DNA from: Guillardia theta CCMP2712
Taxonomy: Eukaryota; Protista; Cryptophyta
DNA length: 64,000 nt
Reading direction: 5' to 3'
Assembly: GCF_000315625.1 (NCBI RefSeq)
Contig: NW_005434627.1
Coordinates: 475,380-539,379 of the forward strand
The notes beneath the pieces are model-generated. The model worked only from the letters and a program-made list of their open reading frames with translations, ran no database searches and was not told where the DNA came from. The position numbers and the translations under genes are program-made. This document shows, piece by piece, positions 49,008 through 62,687 of the stretch (positions are counted from its first letter, which is position 1; every line of letters starts with the position of its first letter).

Positions 49008-52000
49008 GAGCTGGAGCTGGAGCAGGAGCAGGAGCAGGAGCAGGAAGAGCAGCATTCATGATCAGGGTCTACCTGGCGCCAGCAACGATTCCCTTGGAGA
49101 CGAGGACGCGAGAGGCAGGAGGAGCAGAGTCACAAGGTCCCTTGCAACCGGTGATGTCGTACGTCACGCCCTCCACCCGCTGCCCCGTCGCTGCATCGCG
49201 TACAGTGAGCAGCAGCTCGAGTTTGTATCCTGCGATGTAAGGAATGGGGTCTTCTTTGATCTGATCGAAGTTGACTAGGTTCCAGGACGACGCTCCTCCT
49301 CTCTTCCGCACGTAGCCCACGTACCACCAGGACGCGATGAGAGCGTTGGGGGAGGTGTACATGCGGTAGACTTGACCGTTGTCAAGGTAGACCGTAAGTT
49401 CCTCCGCTCCCACGAACGTGAGCTGCGAGTCAAGAGTTGGCTGGCGGACGTTGACGTAAACCTGATAGTCACCGTCGAGCGCGTTTGACAGTCGCAAGAC
49501 CTGCGATCTCAGAGTCAGAGTCTCCCTCTCCTGCCTCTGCTGCCTCTTGATTCCTCCTCTTCCTACTCTTCCTCCTCTTCCTCCTCTTCCTCCTCTTCCT
49601 CCCTCACCTCAGGCCCGTTCCCGTCGACGTCCATCCTCTCCAGCAGCACTTGGTTGACCTTTGACGAGTCGCCCTGGGCATTCACGTACATCTCGCGGCA
49701 ATCTCGGAAGACTCCTCCGCCCGAGATGACAAGGCCAGACGAGCACGAGACGTTGTTGGAGGAGTAGGAGAGCGTCTGACCTACAAGCGGCTTGTAGACG
49801 AGGAAGAGGTCGAGGTTGGCAGGAACGTCTCCCCACCTGAGGACGAACCGAATGACCTGAGGAAGCTTCTTGAAGAGGAAGAGGTCAAGAGCGAAAGTCG
49901 GTCTCGACCACCAGCGACAGGTCTGGTACAAATTCCTCTCCTTGTATCCTCCACACGCCGTTCCTTCCTCGATGCTCTGCCGCACAAGCCCGTCTGCCGA
50001 GACGTTCAGGGCGGATCGCAGCTCGACCTGCTCGCTGAAGTATGCGGGGTTGTCAAAACTCAAGTACCAGCGGCCAGCTGGGAGAAGCAGCTCGCCGGTG
50101 AGGGGGTTGGAGACTTGACAACCATAGAGAGAGACGGCGTCGGCGAGTGAGGTGATGGTGTAGTACAAGGACTGAGCGATGGAGCTGAAGAAAGGCGAGT
50201 TGCTTGCGATCTTGGCCTCTGCGTCCATTGTGCTGTCCGAGCTCTCAGTGTAGAAGCGGAAAAAGCTGAAGGTCGAAAAGGGTCGCGACCGCGTCGGGCA
50301 TTGCGCGTCGTTGCCAACGATCATGACCGTCGTCTCCGGCTTCGCCAGCAGGTTTCTCAGCTGGAAGGCGAAGCGATAGAGCTGGATGGGGAGGAGGGTA
50401 CCGGACACAAGCAGCGTCAGGCTCTTCTTGCTGTTGTCCCACCGCCCATAGCCCGCCTGGTGGGTCGAGGCCGACGAGAACCGCATGGGATGATCGCAAG
50501 ACGCTGAGGCGGCGCAGTTGACGTCGGGCAAGAGCTTGACGTCCCCTGACGGGCCCGAGAAGCTCCGTAGGCCGTAGACGGTGATGGTGTGCTGCATGCG
50601 AGGAGTGATGAGGGAGTTGAAGCTCAGGGTCAGGGAGATGCTGTTGACAGCTCCGGGAAAGTTGGTGGAGGAGGCGATACGCTTCTCGTAGAGGGAGGCC
50701 GAGTAGACGTTGAGCGGGTTGACGTCAAGGTCCGGCAGGCTCTTAGCTCCCGGCTGAATGCCGCCCGTAGAGCATGCGCCGAGGCCGGAGAGGGGTCTAG
50801 AGGATCTGTCAGAGCGAGAGGAGAGGAGAGGAAGCAGGACAGAGGAGGAGGAGAAGAATGATGAGAAGGCGTGGGGGGGGGAGGAGGAGGGAGGAGGGAG
50901 AAGTGTAAGATGAGACCTTGTCACAGGTAAGGGAGGAATGACTATTCCTTCTGTAGACATGTTAATGTTGAGGGAGTAGCTCAGCTTGAACGTGTTGGTA
51001 ACTTGAAAACTTTTTGACACGTCAGTACCAGTATCATCACACAAGATTCTGACCTGAAGGCATACTTTGTTGACGGCTTTGTGTCTTTTCTGATGTAAAT
51101 GACGATCTTCTTTTTGGCATCATCCCATCGAGCCGTTCCCAACTTCAGTTCGCTTGTTGACATGCCGTTGCTCATGGCCTCGCTAACGCAGTTTCCGTCA
51201 TCGTACGCGTAGTCCGCGCAGTTCCACAAGGCATGACAGACTCCGTCGCCCAGCGCAGGCAGCTCGTTTCTCCGACTGCAGACAAGGAAAATAGAGTCAG
51301 AGAGACAAGTGAAGCCGATCCACGTAGAGCAACAGCAGCGGCAGCATACGAACTCAAGTAACGTTAGCGTCAGAGAAGCATCAGCATTAGCTGATGTCAA
51401 GACTTAGATGTGCCCGTAGACAGCATGCTCATGGCATAGTTAACTTAGACAGCTAAGCTCAGTTAGGGCTAGGCTAATCCCACACATAGGAGATGTAACG
51501 TTAAGCTCGTACAGGTAACGCAACGCTCAGCTATTGTTAACTCACGGATAGAAGGGGTTTGGCTGCTTCTGCCCTCGAAACCAGGACATGGTGGCCTCCT
51601 CCTTCTGCCAGAGGAGAGAAGAGTTGACGTCCTCCAAGCCCTTGCGGTACAGACACATCTTGCTCGTCGCCGAAGAGCTCTGACAAGTTTCCATGACAAG
51701 CCCACCAAGGCAGACGTCCGATGTCTCCACCTTCACCGTTCCGCTCCTAGCCAGCGCCATGCTGGTGTCAAGAGGCGAGTAGGCGGAGAAGAACGTCACG
51801 TCCTTGACCACCTCCTCGCTCGCTGCCGTTGGGCTCTCGAGCCGGAAGATGCTGCGCTGCCATGACGGACACATGTCGCTCCTCCAGTCGGAGCTGGCTG
51901 GACCAGGTTGAGCCAGCGGCTGCAGCTGAGGGTCGACAGTATCGAGGCCCTGGAGGACGAGGAGGACGTTGCACCTGACGACCAGCGGCACGTTGACCTC

Positions 52001-55000
52001 GAAAGTGACGGTCAGCACGTTGAGGGACCTCGGCCGTGAGGTGCTCTGCCGCATCTCTAGGGTGTTGAACTTGGGGGTGATGATGAAGAGCGGTTGGGCA
52101 GATCCAGCGACTGGAGTCAAGACAGACGTCAAACTTGAGCAGCCCGTCAACGGCGTCCAGTCAAAGTCAACCGAAGGGACCGACAAGTCAACTTGCACGC
52201 TCAAGGCTCTGATAAGCAGAGGAGGCGCACTTTGACCTCTGGAAGGGTTGGTGACGAGGAAGGAAAGCTCGAAGGGTCGGCCGGGAGGGATCAGGACGTC
52301 GTTGCCGTAGCCGATGTCCCGGACCTTGAGGATGAACGTTGAGTTCACAGGCTGATATTCGATCAGCAAGATTTCTGTGACTCTCGCTTGTTGGCCGTTG
52401 GGTAGCTTGACGACATACAAGGAGCTGTCGCTGTCCAGCAGCCGAAGGCTCGAGGTCGAGACAATGGCGTTGCTGAAGCCTTGCATGACGATCTGAGTTC
52501 CAAAGCGGATGGGAGCGTTCAAGGAGAGAGTGACCTGAGGGACGAGTTAGTCTCAGGAGCCCCACCCCTACCTCCTCCTCTCACTGTGATCGTGTTGTCC
52601 GAGCACGGGTACGCGTCCGACTGCTTGGCAGCTGCGATCTCAAACCTGGCGTTGTCAACTTTGAGCGGCGGCCAGTCCGGGTCGTTCCTGAAGAGACTGC
52701 GAGAGACGAACTGGACGCCTCGAGACCTGGCGGAGATGTAGACGGTCCGAGCCTCCTGGGGGAGGTAGGGGTTGTCCAGGATGAAGGAGAAGGTGAAGTT
52801 GACCATGTCCTTGAGCTGAGCTGCCAGGGCGAAACTGACAGTTCCCAGCTGCTGGTCCCACAAGGTGTTGGAGAACCGCGAGACGTCGCAGCAGTCCGAG
52901 TTGGCGAGGACCTGCGGGGGTTCAGACGCGACAACGGAGGCTGCCATATCAGTCTTACGTTCGTGAAATCACAGCTCAGCAAACGGTCCTGGCAGAATCT
53001 CGTGCCGAGAGAGCAGGGCTCGAGGTCGCTTGCTCGGGTGCAACAGCCTCCGTTGCAGATTGTGCGCGAGCAGTCGGAGAACGGGTTGCATCCTGTGCCG
53101 CAACTGATCGCGATGGGCCCGCTGGACGTGCGGGAGCCAGTCAGGCCCTCGATCAAGAAGTCCACCTGAAGGTCAGCTGAGACCACGAGGGAGGGAGCGA
53201 ACGTGACGGTGATGTGGTTTCTTGCTCCCGGAAACCTGCGATGACGTCATCAGATTAGACGAGAGACTCTGACTGACCTCGTGCTCTCCCCGATGTTTCT
53301 CTGCAGCAGCTCCATCTTGAGGATGCGCAAGGGCTCGTGGATGCCGTTCTCCGACTTGTCTGGGTCCATGGCAACAGCTGGGATCAGAACTACTGAAGTT
53401 GTCTGGATGAAGATGGTGCGAGGACTCTGTTCTAGCGCCGGGTTGACGATGGAGAAGGAGAAGTCATAGGCAGTCTTCTCAACGAGGTCAGTGAGAAGGC
53501 AGAAGGCGATGCTGTTCCCGTCCCATGCTCCCTGTCCTGTCACCCCCGCATCCGCCGACTTCACCAGCGAGCCGAAGGAGTTTGACCCGTCGACATTCTT
53601 GTAGGTTTCCGTGCCGGCAGCAAGTCCGAAGCCGTAGATGGAGATACATGTGCCCTTGCGTAGAGGAGCGCTGACGGAGAAGGTGACGGTCAGCACGTTC
53701 TCAGCTGAGGGCAGCGCTGTCCTCTGCGAGATGAGCTTGACCTCGAAGCTGGGCTGCAGGATCAGCATGGGGCCGAGCCGGTTCGGGGCTGGGAGGAGGG
53801 TATTGGAAACGAGGACGGTGCCTGAGGCGGAGAAGATGCTGAGAGTGGTTTCAGCTGCCGGCTGAGGGGTGAGAGGGTTCGAGACCAGGAAGGAGATGGT
53901 GACTTCAATGCCTGCAAGGGGGTCAGAGGAGCAGCTGCAAAGGCGGAGGGGGGGCAGGAGCAAAAAGAGGAGGGGTGAGGTGGGGAGGAGGCGAGGAAGG
54001 AGAAAGCTACCCGGGCTCAAGTCTGTCAGGGGGTAGAGGGTCGCTGAGAGTGTCGACGCGTCCCACGCAAAGGTCCTGTCAGCTCCCAGCCGCGTGCCCG
54101 CAAACTTGGCGGCAGTGAAGTCACATGGAGTGCCGTCAAGGAAGCGGAAGCTGGGGGCAGTGCTGAGGTTGTACACCCCCGTGGGCTTGATAGCCCCGCG
54201 CAAACCGGAGACGACGAGGTAAGCTTGAGAGGAGACAGAGATCGGAGTCGTCACGGCAAACGACACTGAGATCGTATTGACCACCTCTCCCGGAAACCCG
54301 TTGCTCTCCCAGATAAGCCCACTGCAAGCCCCTCCGACCGGACAGACCGTGAAGGCTCCAAGGATGCAGTTGGCAGCTTCGAGGCAGAGGAAGGATGGGT
54401 TGACTAGCTTCAAGATCGCTGCGAAGTCCGGGGTGGCGGAGATCAAGCCCATGGTCCCGCCAGGCTTCTCGAAGCTCCACCTCCTCCAGCTTCTCCTCCA
54501 GGAGGGGCAGGTAGAACAAGTTTCTTTCACTGACCCCAAGTTGAGAGTGACGTCCTGGTCCAGCGAGACGCTCGAGAAGATAGGTATCTTGCCAGACATC
54601 GAGATCGAGACGGAGGGCGATGACGTGGACTGCGCTGGGTTCTGGATCACGAACTGGAAAGTGTACGTCCTCCCCTCCTGCATCTCCTGCACGAAGAACT
54701 TGATGCCGTACGTCGCCGCGTCCCATGTTGCTGAGCAGGTCTGAGCCCCGTCGTAGGAGAACACAGAGCAGCCTCTCTCGCTGGGGTCAAAGTCAGCGCA
54801 GGCAAGGTCGACGTTCTCGATGAGAGGCATCACGGAGCTTGTCTGCGGGCTCTGCGCGCCGTAGAGGCCGGAGATTGAGATTTGATTGCTGGCTTGCTGA
54901 GGGATGGGAACACTGCCGGCCAGACGGATGGTGATGTCGTTGAGAGCTCCGGGGTAGGGAACAGACTGACTGATCTTCTTGAGCACGAACTCGAAGCCTA

Positions 55001-58000
55001 GAGGCAGGGGAGGACGAGAGTCAGAGAGGGTAGAACAAGAGAGACGATAAGTTACCGAGGACTCGCAGGATGGGGTTGGCCGGGTCAAAGGAGGTCAGGA
55101 TAATGCTGTTCAAGATGCTGTTCTCGACGTCGATCTGCAGCGCGACTTGAGGAGAGTCCTGCAGGAAGAGTGAGCGCGAGCGAGACTGAGAGCGTCGGCA
55201 ACCTGTCGGATGGCAGGATTCATGAAGGCGAAAGAGAAGTTGAACACGTTGGAAGGCTCCGTGCAAAGATACGCTGCCACTTGGTAGGTCTCTGCCTTCC
55301 AACTGGCATAACCAGCGTACGCTAGGGCTGTGGAAGTGTTGCAGGGGACGGGAGAGAGCGACAAGGCGGAGGGTCCTTGTAGCTTGACGAAGTTGAGGCC
55401 GGCGACGAAGTCAGGCATGCTCTCCATGGAGGCATGGAGGATCGGGGAGAGAGACATCTTGGTTGAGAGCTGAAGGAGCTTCTCGGTCTTGAACCAGACG
55501 GTGACAAGGTTCAGACTCATCGGGAACGAGGTCGTCTGCTTAGCCAGCGCGTACTGAAAGATAAGCCGGGAGATCTTCATGGGACCCACACCCGACGGGT
55601 CCACCACGACCGGGTCGATCAGAGTCCCGTAGGCTCCGATGGATACGAGCGGAGAGTCTTGAGGGGAGAAAGGATTCTTGACGTCAAACGCAAACGAGTA
55701 GTTGACGGCTGCCTGCAGCTCCTGTGCGACTTGCATAGTCAACGTCTTGGCAGTTGAGTCCCACAGTGCAAATCCGATCTGACTACCATCACTAAAGATC
55801 TGAACACCGTCAAGTAGCAGCTTGAAAGAACCTGTGATGACGTAAAATCATCATCCCCTCCCTCCCTCCCTCCCTCCCTCCCTCCCTCCCTCCCTCCCTC
55901 CCTCCCTCCCTCCCTCAACCTTCTTTCCCCTCTCCTGTCCTCTCCCTCATCTGCATACCTGTGGGATCTAAGGGGCCCAGCAGGTTGCTCAGCTGAATCT
56001 CGGTAGGGTAAAGACCGTCTTCGTGGCACAAGGTGGAAACGCAGTAGGGCACAGGGCCGTTGGTCGTTCCCGTGCCGCACTGGCTTGTGGCCTGACACGG
56101 TTGACCTTCCAAGGCCCCGACGTTGCAGACGCGGTCAAACTGGTGACCTCGCGTCAGGTCCTGCAGGCTCAGCTCGCCGAAGATCTTGGCGTCCTGGGGA
56201 AGTCCCGTGTAGAGGCTGGTGATGAAACCCTCCTCCCCCGGCAACCACCCGCGGAACGCTCGTCGCTTGCATCGCCTGACGGAGGGGAACAGCGGGGAGT
56301 TGAGGGAGAACCTGACGGTGAGCTGGTTGGTCTGAGCTGGTTCGCTGTTGGACTGGGAGATGGCCTTGAGCTCAAACTGCGCTTGCAGGACATACAGGGG
56401 GGCCGCCCAACCGCCTGTCGTCGCCCCGATGCTGGAGAGAACAGTCTCCAAGTCTGACTGCATGCTCGACACGTCGATGGTGATGCCGTCTACCTGAATC
56501 TGCAGCACCGGCGAGTTCTGGCCGAGGCCTGGGTTGGAGATGTTGAAGGCCAGGTAGTAGTTCTTACCGGCTACCACGTCTGCAATCACCGAGAACGTCA
56601 AGTTCTTGTACCCGTAACGACCACCATACAAGGCCCTGCTTGCCCTTGCGCTGTTGACATCGGCAGAGCCGTCGAAGAGGCCGAAGACTGAGCTCGGGCC
56701 CCCGGTCTTGAAGTCAGTGAGGTTGAACTCCGACTCCACTGACGGGCCGCCTTGGAGGTTGTCGATCAAAATCTTTACCTGCCTTTAAGAGATGTTAGGC
56801 GAGCACACAGAGAAGAGAGAAAGAGAATAGAAGGGAACACAAGAGAGGGCAGAGAAGAGACTGAGACGAAAAAACTTCTACCTGTAGAACTGAGTCGACG
56901 CTCGGATGTCGACGTTGAACGACAAGGTCAAGAAGATAGTGTTGGTGGCACCGGGAAATGGATTGCTCTGTCCTACTTTCTTGATCTCAAAGGCAGGTGT
57001 GAAGATCAGCAAGGGCTCAGCGTCGCCTGGCCGAGCCTTCCAGATAGCAGGGAGAACCGTGACGTTGTCCTTGCGCATCAGCGACAAAGGCAGCGAGATG
57101 CCGAAGGAGGCGATGGCGACACCGGGAGAGTCTTGAGGCAGGATTGAGTTCTCAACCCGCACAGAGATTATGATGTCCTTCTGGGGAATCGAGTTCCTCA
57201 CAAACAGCTGCAGCGACTGCGATGTTTGGTCCCACGAGGCAGTCCCACTGACTCCTTGCGCAGAGGAGGAGAAGTACTGCTCATCGCCCTGCGGTGACTG
57301 CAGGGAGACGACGGGAGTGGCATAAGCTCCGAGGAGGTTGGAGATCTGAATCATGGACTGCTCTGTGATGGTGCTGGATGAGTTGAGAAAGATGAAGTTG
57401 AACCTGATCGTGAAGGTCAGCGTGTTGACAGCGCCTGGGTAAGGGGTCGACTGTCCCACATTCTTGACCACGAAGGAAGGGCTGAGCACGTTCAACGGAG
57501 GTCCAGCTTGACTATCGTCAACCTTGGGCAAGATGCAGACTCCGTTGCTGTAGCAGGAGGTCAAGGATGAGATGATCTGAACTCGCAGGCCCTCCGTCTG
57601 AAGCAGCACCGTCGGTGACGTCTGCTGGTCGGGGAAGTTGGTGACTTGGAATGAGAAGGCCAACTGTGTCAGTCTGCTCCAGTCCTTGCGCAGATGAAGC
57701 AACAGAGAGTTAGTCCCCTCGCTCCACGTCCCAGCTGAGAGGGTGCCTGTCGCAAGAGCTGAGAAATAATCTGGACCGGAGGGAGACAGAGGAGAGACCA
57801 AGAGACTGACTGTCTTGCCCTGGCTGTCGGCATAGACTGGCTGCCCTCCCGTCAGCCCGGAGATGTTGAGCGTCACAGCCGGGTAGGACAAGCTGGCGTT
57901 GCGAACGTCTACGTTGACAGCAAGCAGAATAGTGACGTAGTTGACGGAGCCAGGGTTGTTGGAACTGTGACGGATGGAGGTAGGAGCGACGAAGTATGCA

Positions 58001-61000
58001 GGCTGAACGAAGAGGGGCTGAAGAAGCTCGAGGGCACTGCCTCCCTCCGCGCCTGAGAGCACAAAGTCCGAGAGCAGCAGCGTCTGGAGAACAATCGATT
58101 GCATCACCGTCACCGAGACGTTGGGGGCATCTTGAGCGACCGGAGGGTTTTCGAGGACGAACTGGAGGGTCAAAGTTTGGTCAGCGGAGATCTCGCCTTT
58201 TGCCAGGTAGAATTGAAGTTCTTTCGTCGCATCGTTCCACAGCGCCGAGGAGGAGGCAGGAACATTCCCATCGTAAGAGAACAAGTTGGAGCCTGAGGAC
58301 ACGAAAGGCAGCACGCCTGACGGTCTCTTGGCTCCCAGCAAGTTAGAGATCTTGAACAAGCATGACGTGAAGTCGTAGAGATGGAAATTGAGCTGCAATG
58401 TCACCGTCAGTGTGTTGATGGCGCTCGGGTACGACGCTGATTGACCAGCCTTGGACGTGACGTATGCGGGGCTGTCAACTACCAGCGGCTTATCCTTCAA
58501 GGCGGCGGGCAGGAGCAGAGGAAGAGCAGCGACTTGGTAGCATCCCAAGATCGCGATCGTTGGCTGCGCGCTGGGACTGGAGCTCATCGGATTGAGGACG
58601 GTCAAGTTGAACTGGAAGTGCTGGAAGGAGGAGAAGGAGGAGGGAGCAGGAAGGGCCAACATAAGGGAACCGCCAGGCGTTCTCTTCAGCTGGAAGGCTC
58701 CGGTGCTCCGTGTGACCAAGGGAAACTCTTCGATCCAGATGTGATTGCGAACCCTCCTGACCTCATTCTTCTGCCCGTTCCTCCAGTAGAAACAGTTGTA
58801 AATGTTGTTCTGAAAGTTCTGAGGCGTCCAGCCCCAGTAGTCTGAAGTGATCTGCGTGCTGCTAATAGTCCCTTCTCCTGCTCCCCACATGTTGCGCAGG
58901 ATCCAAGCGCCCGACGAGCTCTGAAAGTTCGACACCTTCCACCTTCCCTTCTTCACTGCCAGCACGCTGCTGGGATTCTGCGGGTCAACCACGTACCACA
59001 CAACAGTTTCTCCTCTTGCACTCTGCGCTCGAGCGATTCTCTCCTGCCAGGTCGTGGAGCTTTGGAAGGCCCAGATGATGGAGAGGACGTGCTTCTCTTC
59101 CGCGTAGATCTCCTGTCGCAACGATGAATGCTTGATGGCTGACGCGTCACTCCAGGAGGCTGTGAAAGAGCCTGTATCGCCCTCACAGTCCGAGACGTTG
59201 GCGAGCAGCATTGAGGGCGAGAACAGGCTGTCGACTATCACGGTGGATCCCGACAGAAGAGGAGGAGAAGCTGTGAAAGAGACGCTGAGACGATTCAAAC
59301 CCCCCGGCAGGCTCGACGACTGTACTATCGTTTGATTCAGAAAGTTGCCTTCCTTCACCACAAGCGAGTCTTGGGGAAACTGAAACGAGAAGTTCTGAGC
59401 AGCTTGGCTGTCGCTAGGAGGGGCGAAAACTTGGAGGGTGACAAGGTTTGAGCTTACGGAACGAGAGTTTTTGATAGCGAAGGTGAAGGAGTAGGGAGAA
59501 GACTGTCCTCCTCCGTTCTGATCTTCCTTGACCTCTGTCGCGATTGTGCTGTCGAAGGAGAGGTACCAGTCAAAGCTGCTGGCCTGATTGCCCGATGGCT
59601 TCAGGAGCCCACAAGTGTCATCACGAGTTGCCGTACTTGACACGGACGTGTCCTGACGGCTAAGACCGTAGGTGCAGACGTCTTGCAGGCACTGACAGGA
59701 CTCGCAGGGGACGAGGTACATCTCGTTTCTGATGCCCTCGGAGTAGATGGCTGTGTCTTTACCTCCCATGAAGTATGTGGGGCAGCAGGGTTTGATCGCA
59801 GCTCCCGTCACGTTGTTGTAGAGAGAGCCCGCCTGGCAACCGAAGTCGTTCTGCTGGTTGAAGTTGCCGTGCCCCCAGAAATCTCCTCCGCTTCCGATGG
59901 CAGGATTCTGCGACGGGTCCGCGTTGGTCTGACTTACGACGTCCGTGATGTCCCAGGCACCGTCCACCAGGCTGTCTGCAGCCCCCCAAGCGCCATCGTC
60001 AGGTGAAAATCCTGTGCTGGAGGGCTGCTGGGAATCGAAGATGTTACTCAGTGTGAAGTCAGCTCCATCCTGCCTGTAGGGAAGGTTCCTTGAGAACCTC
60101 CAGGCCCCCCGGAGCGTCTTGACAAACCTTCCCTTCCCGTCTCTCACCGTCCACACCACAGCCTCGCCCTCCTTCCTCGTGGAGGCGTCGATCAACCTCT
60201 GCCGCAGAGTTTTCGACTCGTTGAACGACCAGAACACCTCGAACTTGAGCTCGTCGTAGTCGTAAAACCTCTGCTGGAACGAGAAATGTGCGGTGTCTCG
60301 ATGTTCCGCACTGAAGTATCCACTTGCAGTCGAGAACCCAGGTTGTGCTTGCAAGGTCCTGGCATCGTATGCAGGGGCCGAGGAAGCAAGAAGCGGGGAG
60401 GGAAGGAGAGAGTCTTGAGGACCAAATGGCAAACTCTGTGCGCATTGAAATGAAGTAGTGACAGCAAACAACCGTGGGACCAACGCTGGAAAGACTCCTT
60501 CCAACGTGATTCTTGTCATGGCAACCAAAGTGAAAGAGGTGTAGAGACTGACGGTGATGGTGTTTTCAGTGCCTGCCACTACACTTGTCTGTGACAAGAA
60601 GGTGTTGGAGCAAATGCCAGCGCAATTGGCGAGAAGTCTGCGACGAGGCTGGTCGTCGTGCTGATGACTGCCTTCATGCCTCTCCTCCTCCAGATGGTCT
60701 GAAAGATCGACAGCAAGATTCGTCGAATCGTCCATTCTATCTTGGTCGGTGAATCTTCTGCTGCTTGGCTTGGGAAAAATCTCGAGAGGCATGGAAGTCC
60801 GTCCGTTAAGCAGGAGAGGCAACTTGAGCATAGGCTCGTCCGGGATCTCGATGCCTCTCATGCCTATCCGGATGTTTGGAGACACTTGCTGGTTCCCGTT
60901 CATGACGGTGAATTGCAGAAATATGTCTTCGTTTTCTGAAACATCTTGCAACACAGAAAAGCTTACTTGTTTCAAAGTGTCGTCCCAGCGCCCGACACCA

Positions 61001-62561
61001 TATCTCTCAGTAAATGTTCCATCAGGGTTTGATACGACTATCCCAAAGATTTCCGACGGCCTGCCCAATCAGTCAGCGCTTCTAGTATTTCTCGTCACTA
61101 TGCTCACCTTGCTTCGCAGTCCATCTTTCCACTCGAACACCCTCGTCGTACAGAAATCAATCCTTCCTTGGCAAGTGCTGGATCATCTTCATTTGTTCCA
61201 CCAAGCAAACCAGATATGACAATGGTTGCCTTGGACAAGGGGGTCTTACAGTCAGTTGTGGTTTCCTGCCAAACGTTCAACCACGGCTTATTCGTTACAG
61301 GTACAAGAATGGTGGATGTTTGTTGCAGACAACCCCAAACAGGGATGTTGAAACGCAATCTCATCATCAAAATGTTCAAAGAGCCAGCCAAGGGCTGAGA
61401 GTGGGATATTTCTTTGGCAAGAAACTGTCCTGCCACTATATCAAGTGCCCCAAGAGCGCCCTGACTCGAGTTAGACGTGGCTGGTGCTTGACTCGACATC
61501 AGATGCCACCCACATGCCACGGGAATGCAGCTATCCTTCTGGCACTCTCCGTACCGGCGTCTAACATCCCCAGTTTCTTGGCAGCCTCCCAGGCACAAGA
61601 ATCCTGACTCAATGGTACATTGCTTAGAGCATCCGTCGCCATCAATGGTATTGCCATCATCACATTCTTCTGCACCGTTGCGCTTGCCATCTCCACAAAC
61701 CGGCGCGTTCACATTCGTACCTTGACAGAGCGGCAAGCCAACACATTCTCCGCCTGAATTGCAATAGCCTTGACCGCTGCAAGTTATGGCGGCACTGCAA
61801 AACTTGGAGCAGTTTGATCCATAGTGATCGCAAATGCATCTATCGCAAGAGGGGCCAGTAAAATTACCGAAGCAAACGCACTGACCAGCAAAGTTGCAAA
61901 ATCCATGTCCGTTACAGGATTGCTTCCAGTTGCACAGTTGTGCCTTGGAGCAAGTGCCGAAACTATCACATGTACAAGAGGAACAGCCGACTTGAGCACT
62001 CGCGCCAGCCTGACCGAACGCATGAAATGATTGTAATGCTGGCGAATAAGCCACGAGCGAGGACATTGACTCCTCGTGTATGGAACAGTGGCATACATCC
62101 GCTAAGGAGGTTCGATAAAATACAGAAGAAGACACATCGGAGACACGATCGCACGCCCAACCATTTTCAACCGTGCAAACCCCAGGTGCTGATGACATGT
62201 TGCAATAACAGCCGTCGTTCCTCAAGAAGTTGCCATCATCGCACTGTTCAGAACCAACTCTTATTCCGTCTCCATGTACAACACTGCATGTTGTATTCAA
62301 GAAAACGTCACTCTGACTGCTCTTTGCAATAGCATCAACTCCATGAAGCCAAAAGTCAAAACAGCTGAAGCCTGCCTCAAGAGTGCAGAGGGAGCTGCAA
62401 CCATCATGGCTTCGGTTGTTTTTGTCATCACAAGTTTCGTGACCTTCAATGATGCCATCGCCACATACGGAAGCCAAGGACTGCGAGCAACAGATGGAAC
62501 ACACAGCAAGCAAGAGCAGGTACACGTGTCCCACTTGACGTGCTCTTGCTGCCCTCAGCAT
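46563..62561 (-). CDS. Giant single-pass cell-surface protein (>4000 aa estimated): signal peptide, 3 Myxococcus-type Cys repeats, EGF-like repeats, >=16 beta-rich repeats, LNR, 2 YfaP-like, ZU5-like, TM
   Basis: A chain of long minus-strand ORFs (61104-62561, 56878-61068, 55915-56769, 55110-55742, 53250-55088, 51542-52522, 49563-51044, 47566-49059) is linked by short GT-AG introns. Motifs: CGDG...CDDGN...DGCS...C; CNGHGFC; recurring QSxPxPGAxNxLTVT; [22 protein letters not shown]; [25 protein letters not shown]. The 3' exons beyond the gap are tentative. Confidence 0.85.
46917..47400. other. Assembly gap (N run)
   Basis: N characters. Confidence 1.
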
Positions 62562-62687
62562 CTCCCTCCTCTCTCACGTCCCAGGCACGACCTTTCTCCG
62601 CATCGCGTCAACTCAGTGCTCACACATGTACTTGAGGACGAGGGGTCATGAAAAAAAAAGTCAAGGAATGAGAGGTTACTACACTCG

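Noticed and set aside
51463-51468. TTAGGG telomere-like word
   Set aside because: Single copy, no array.
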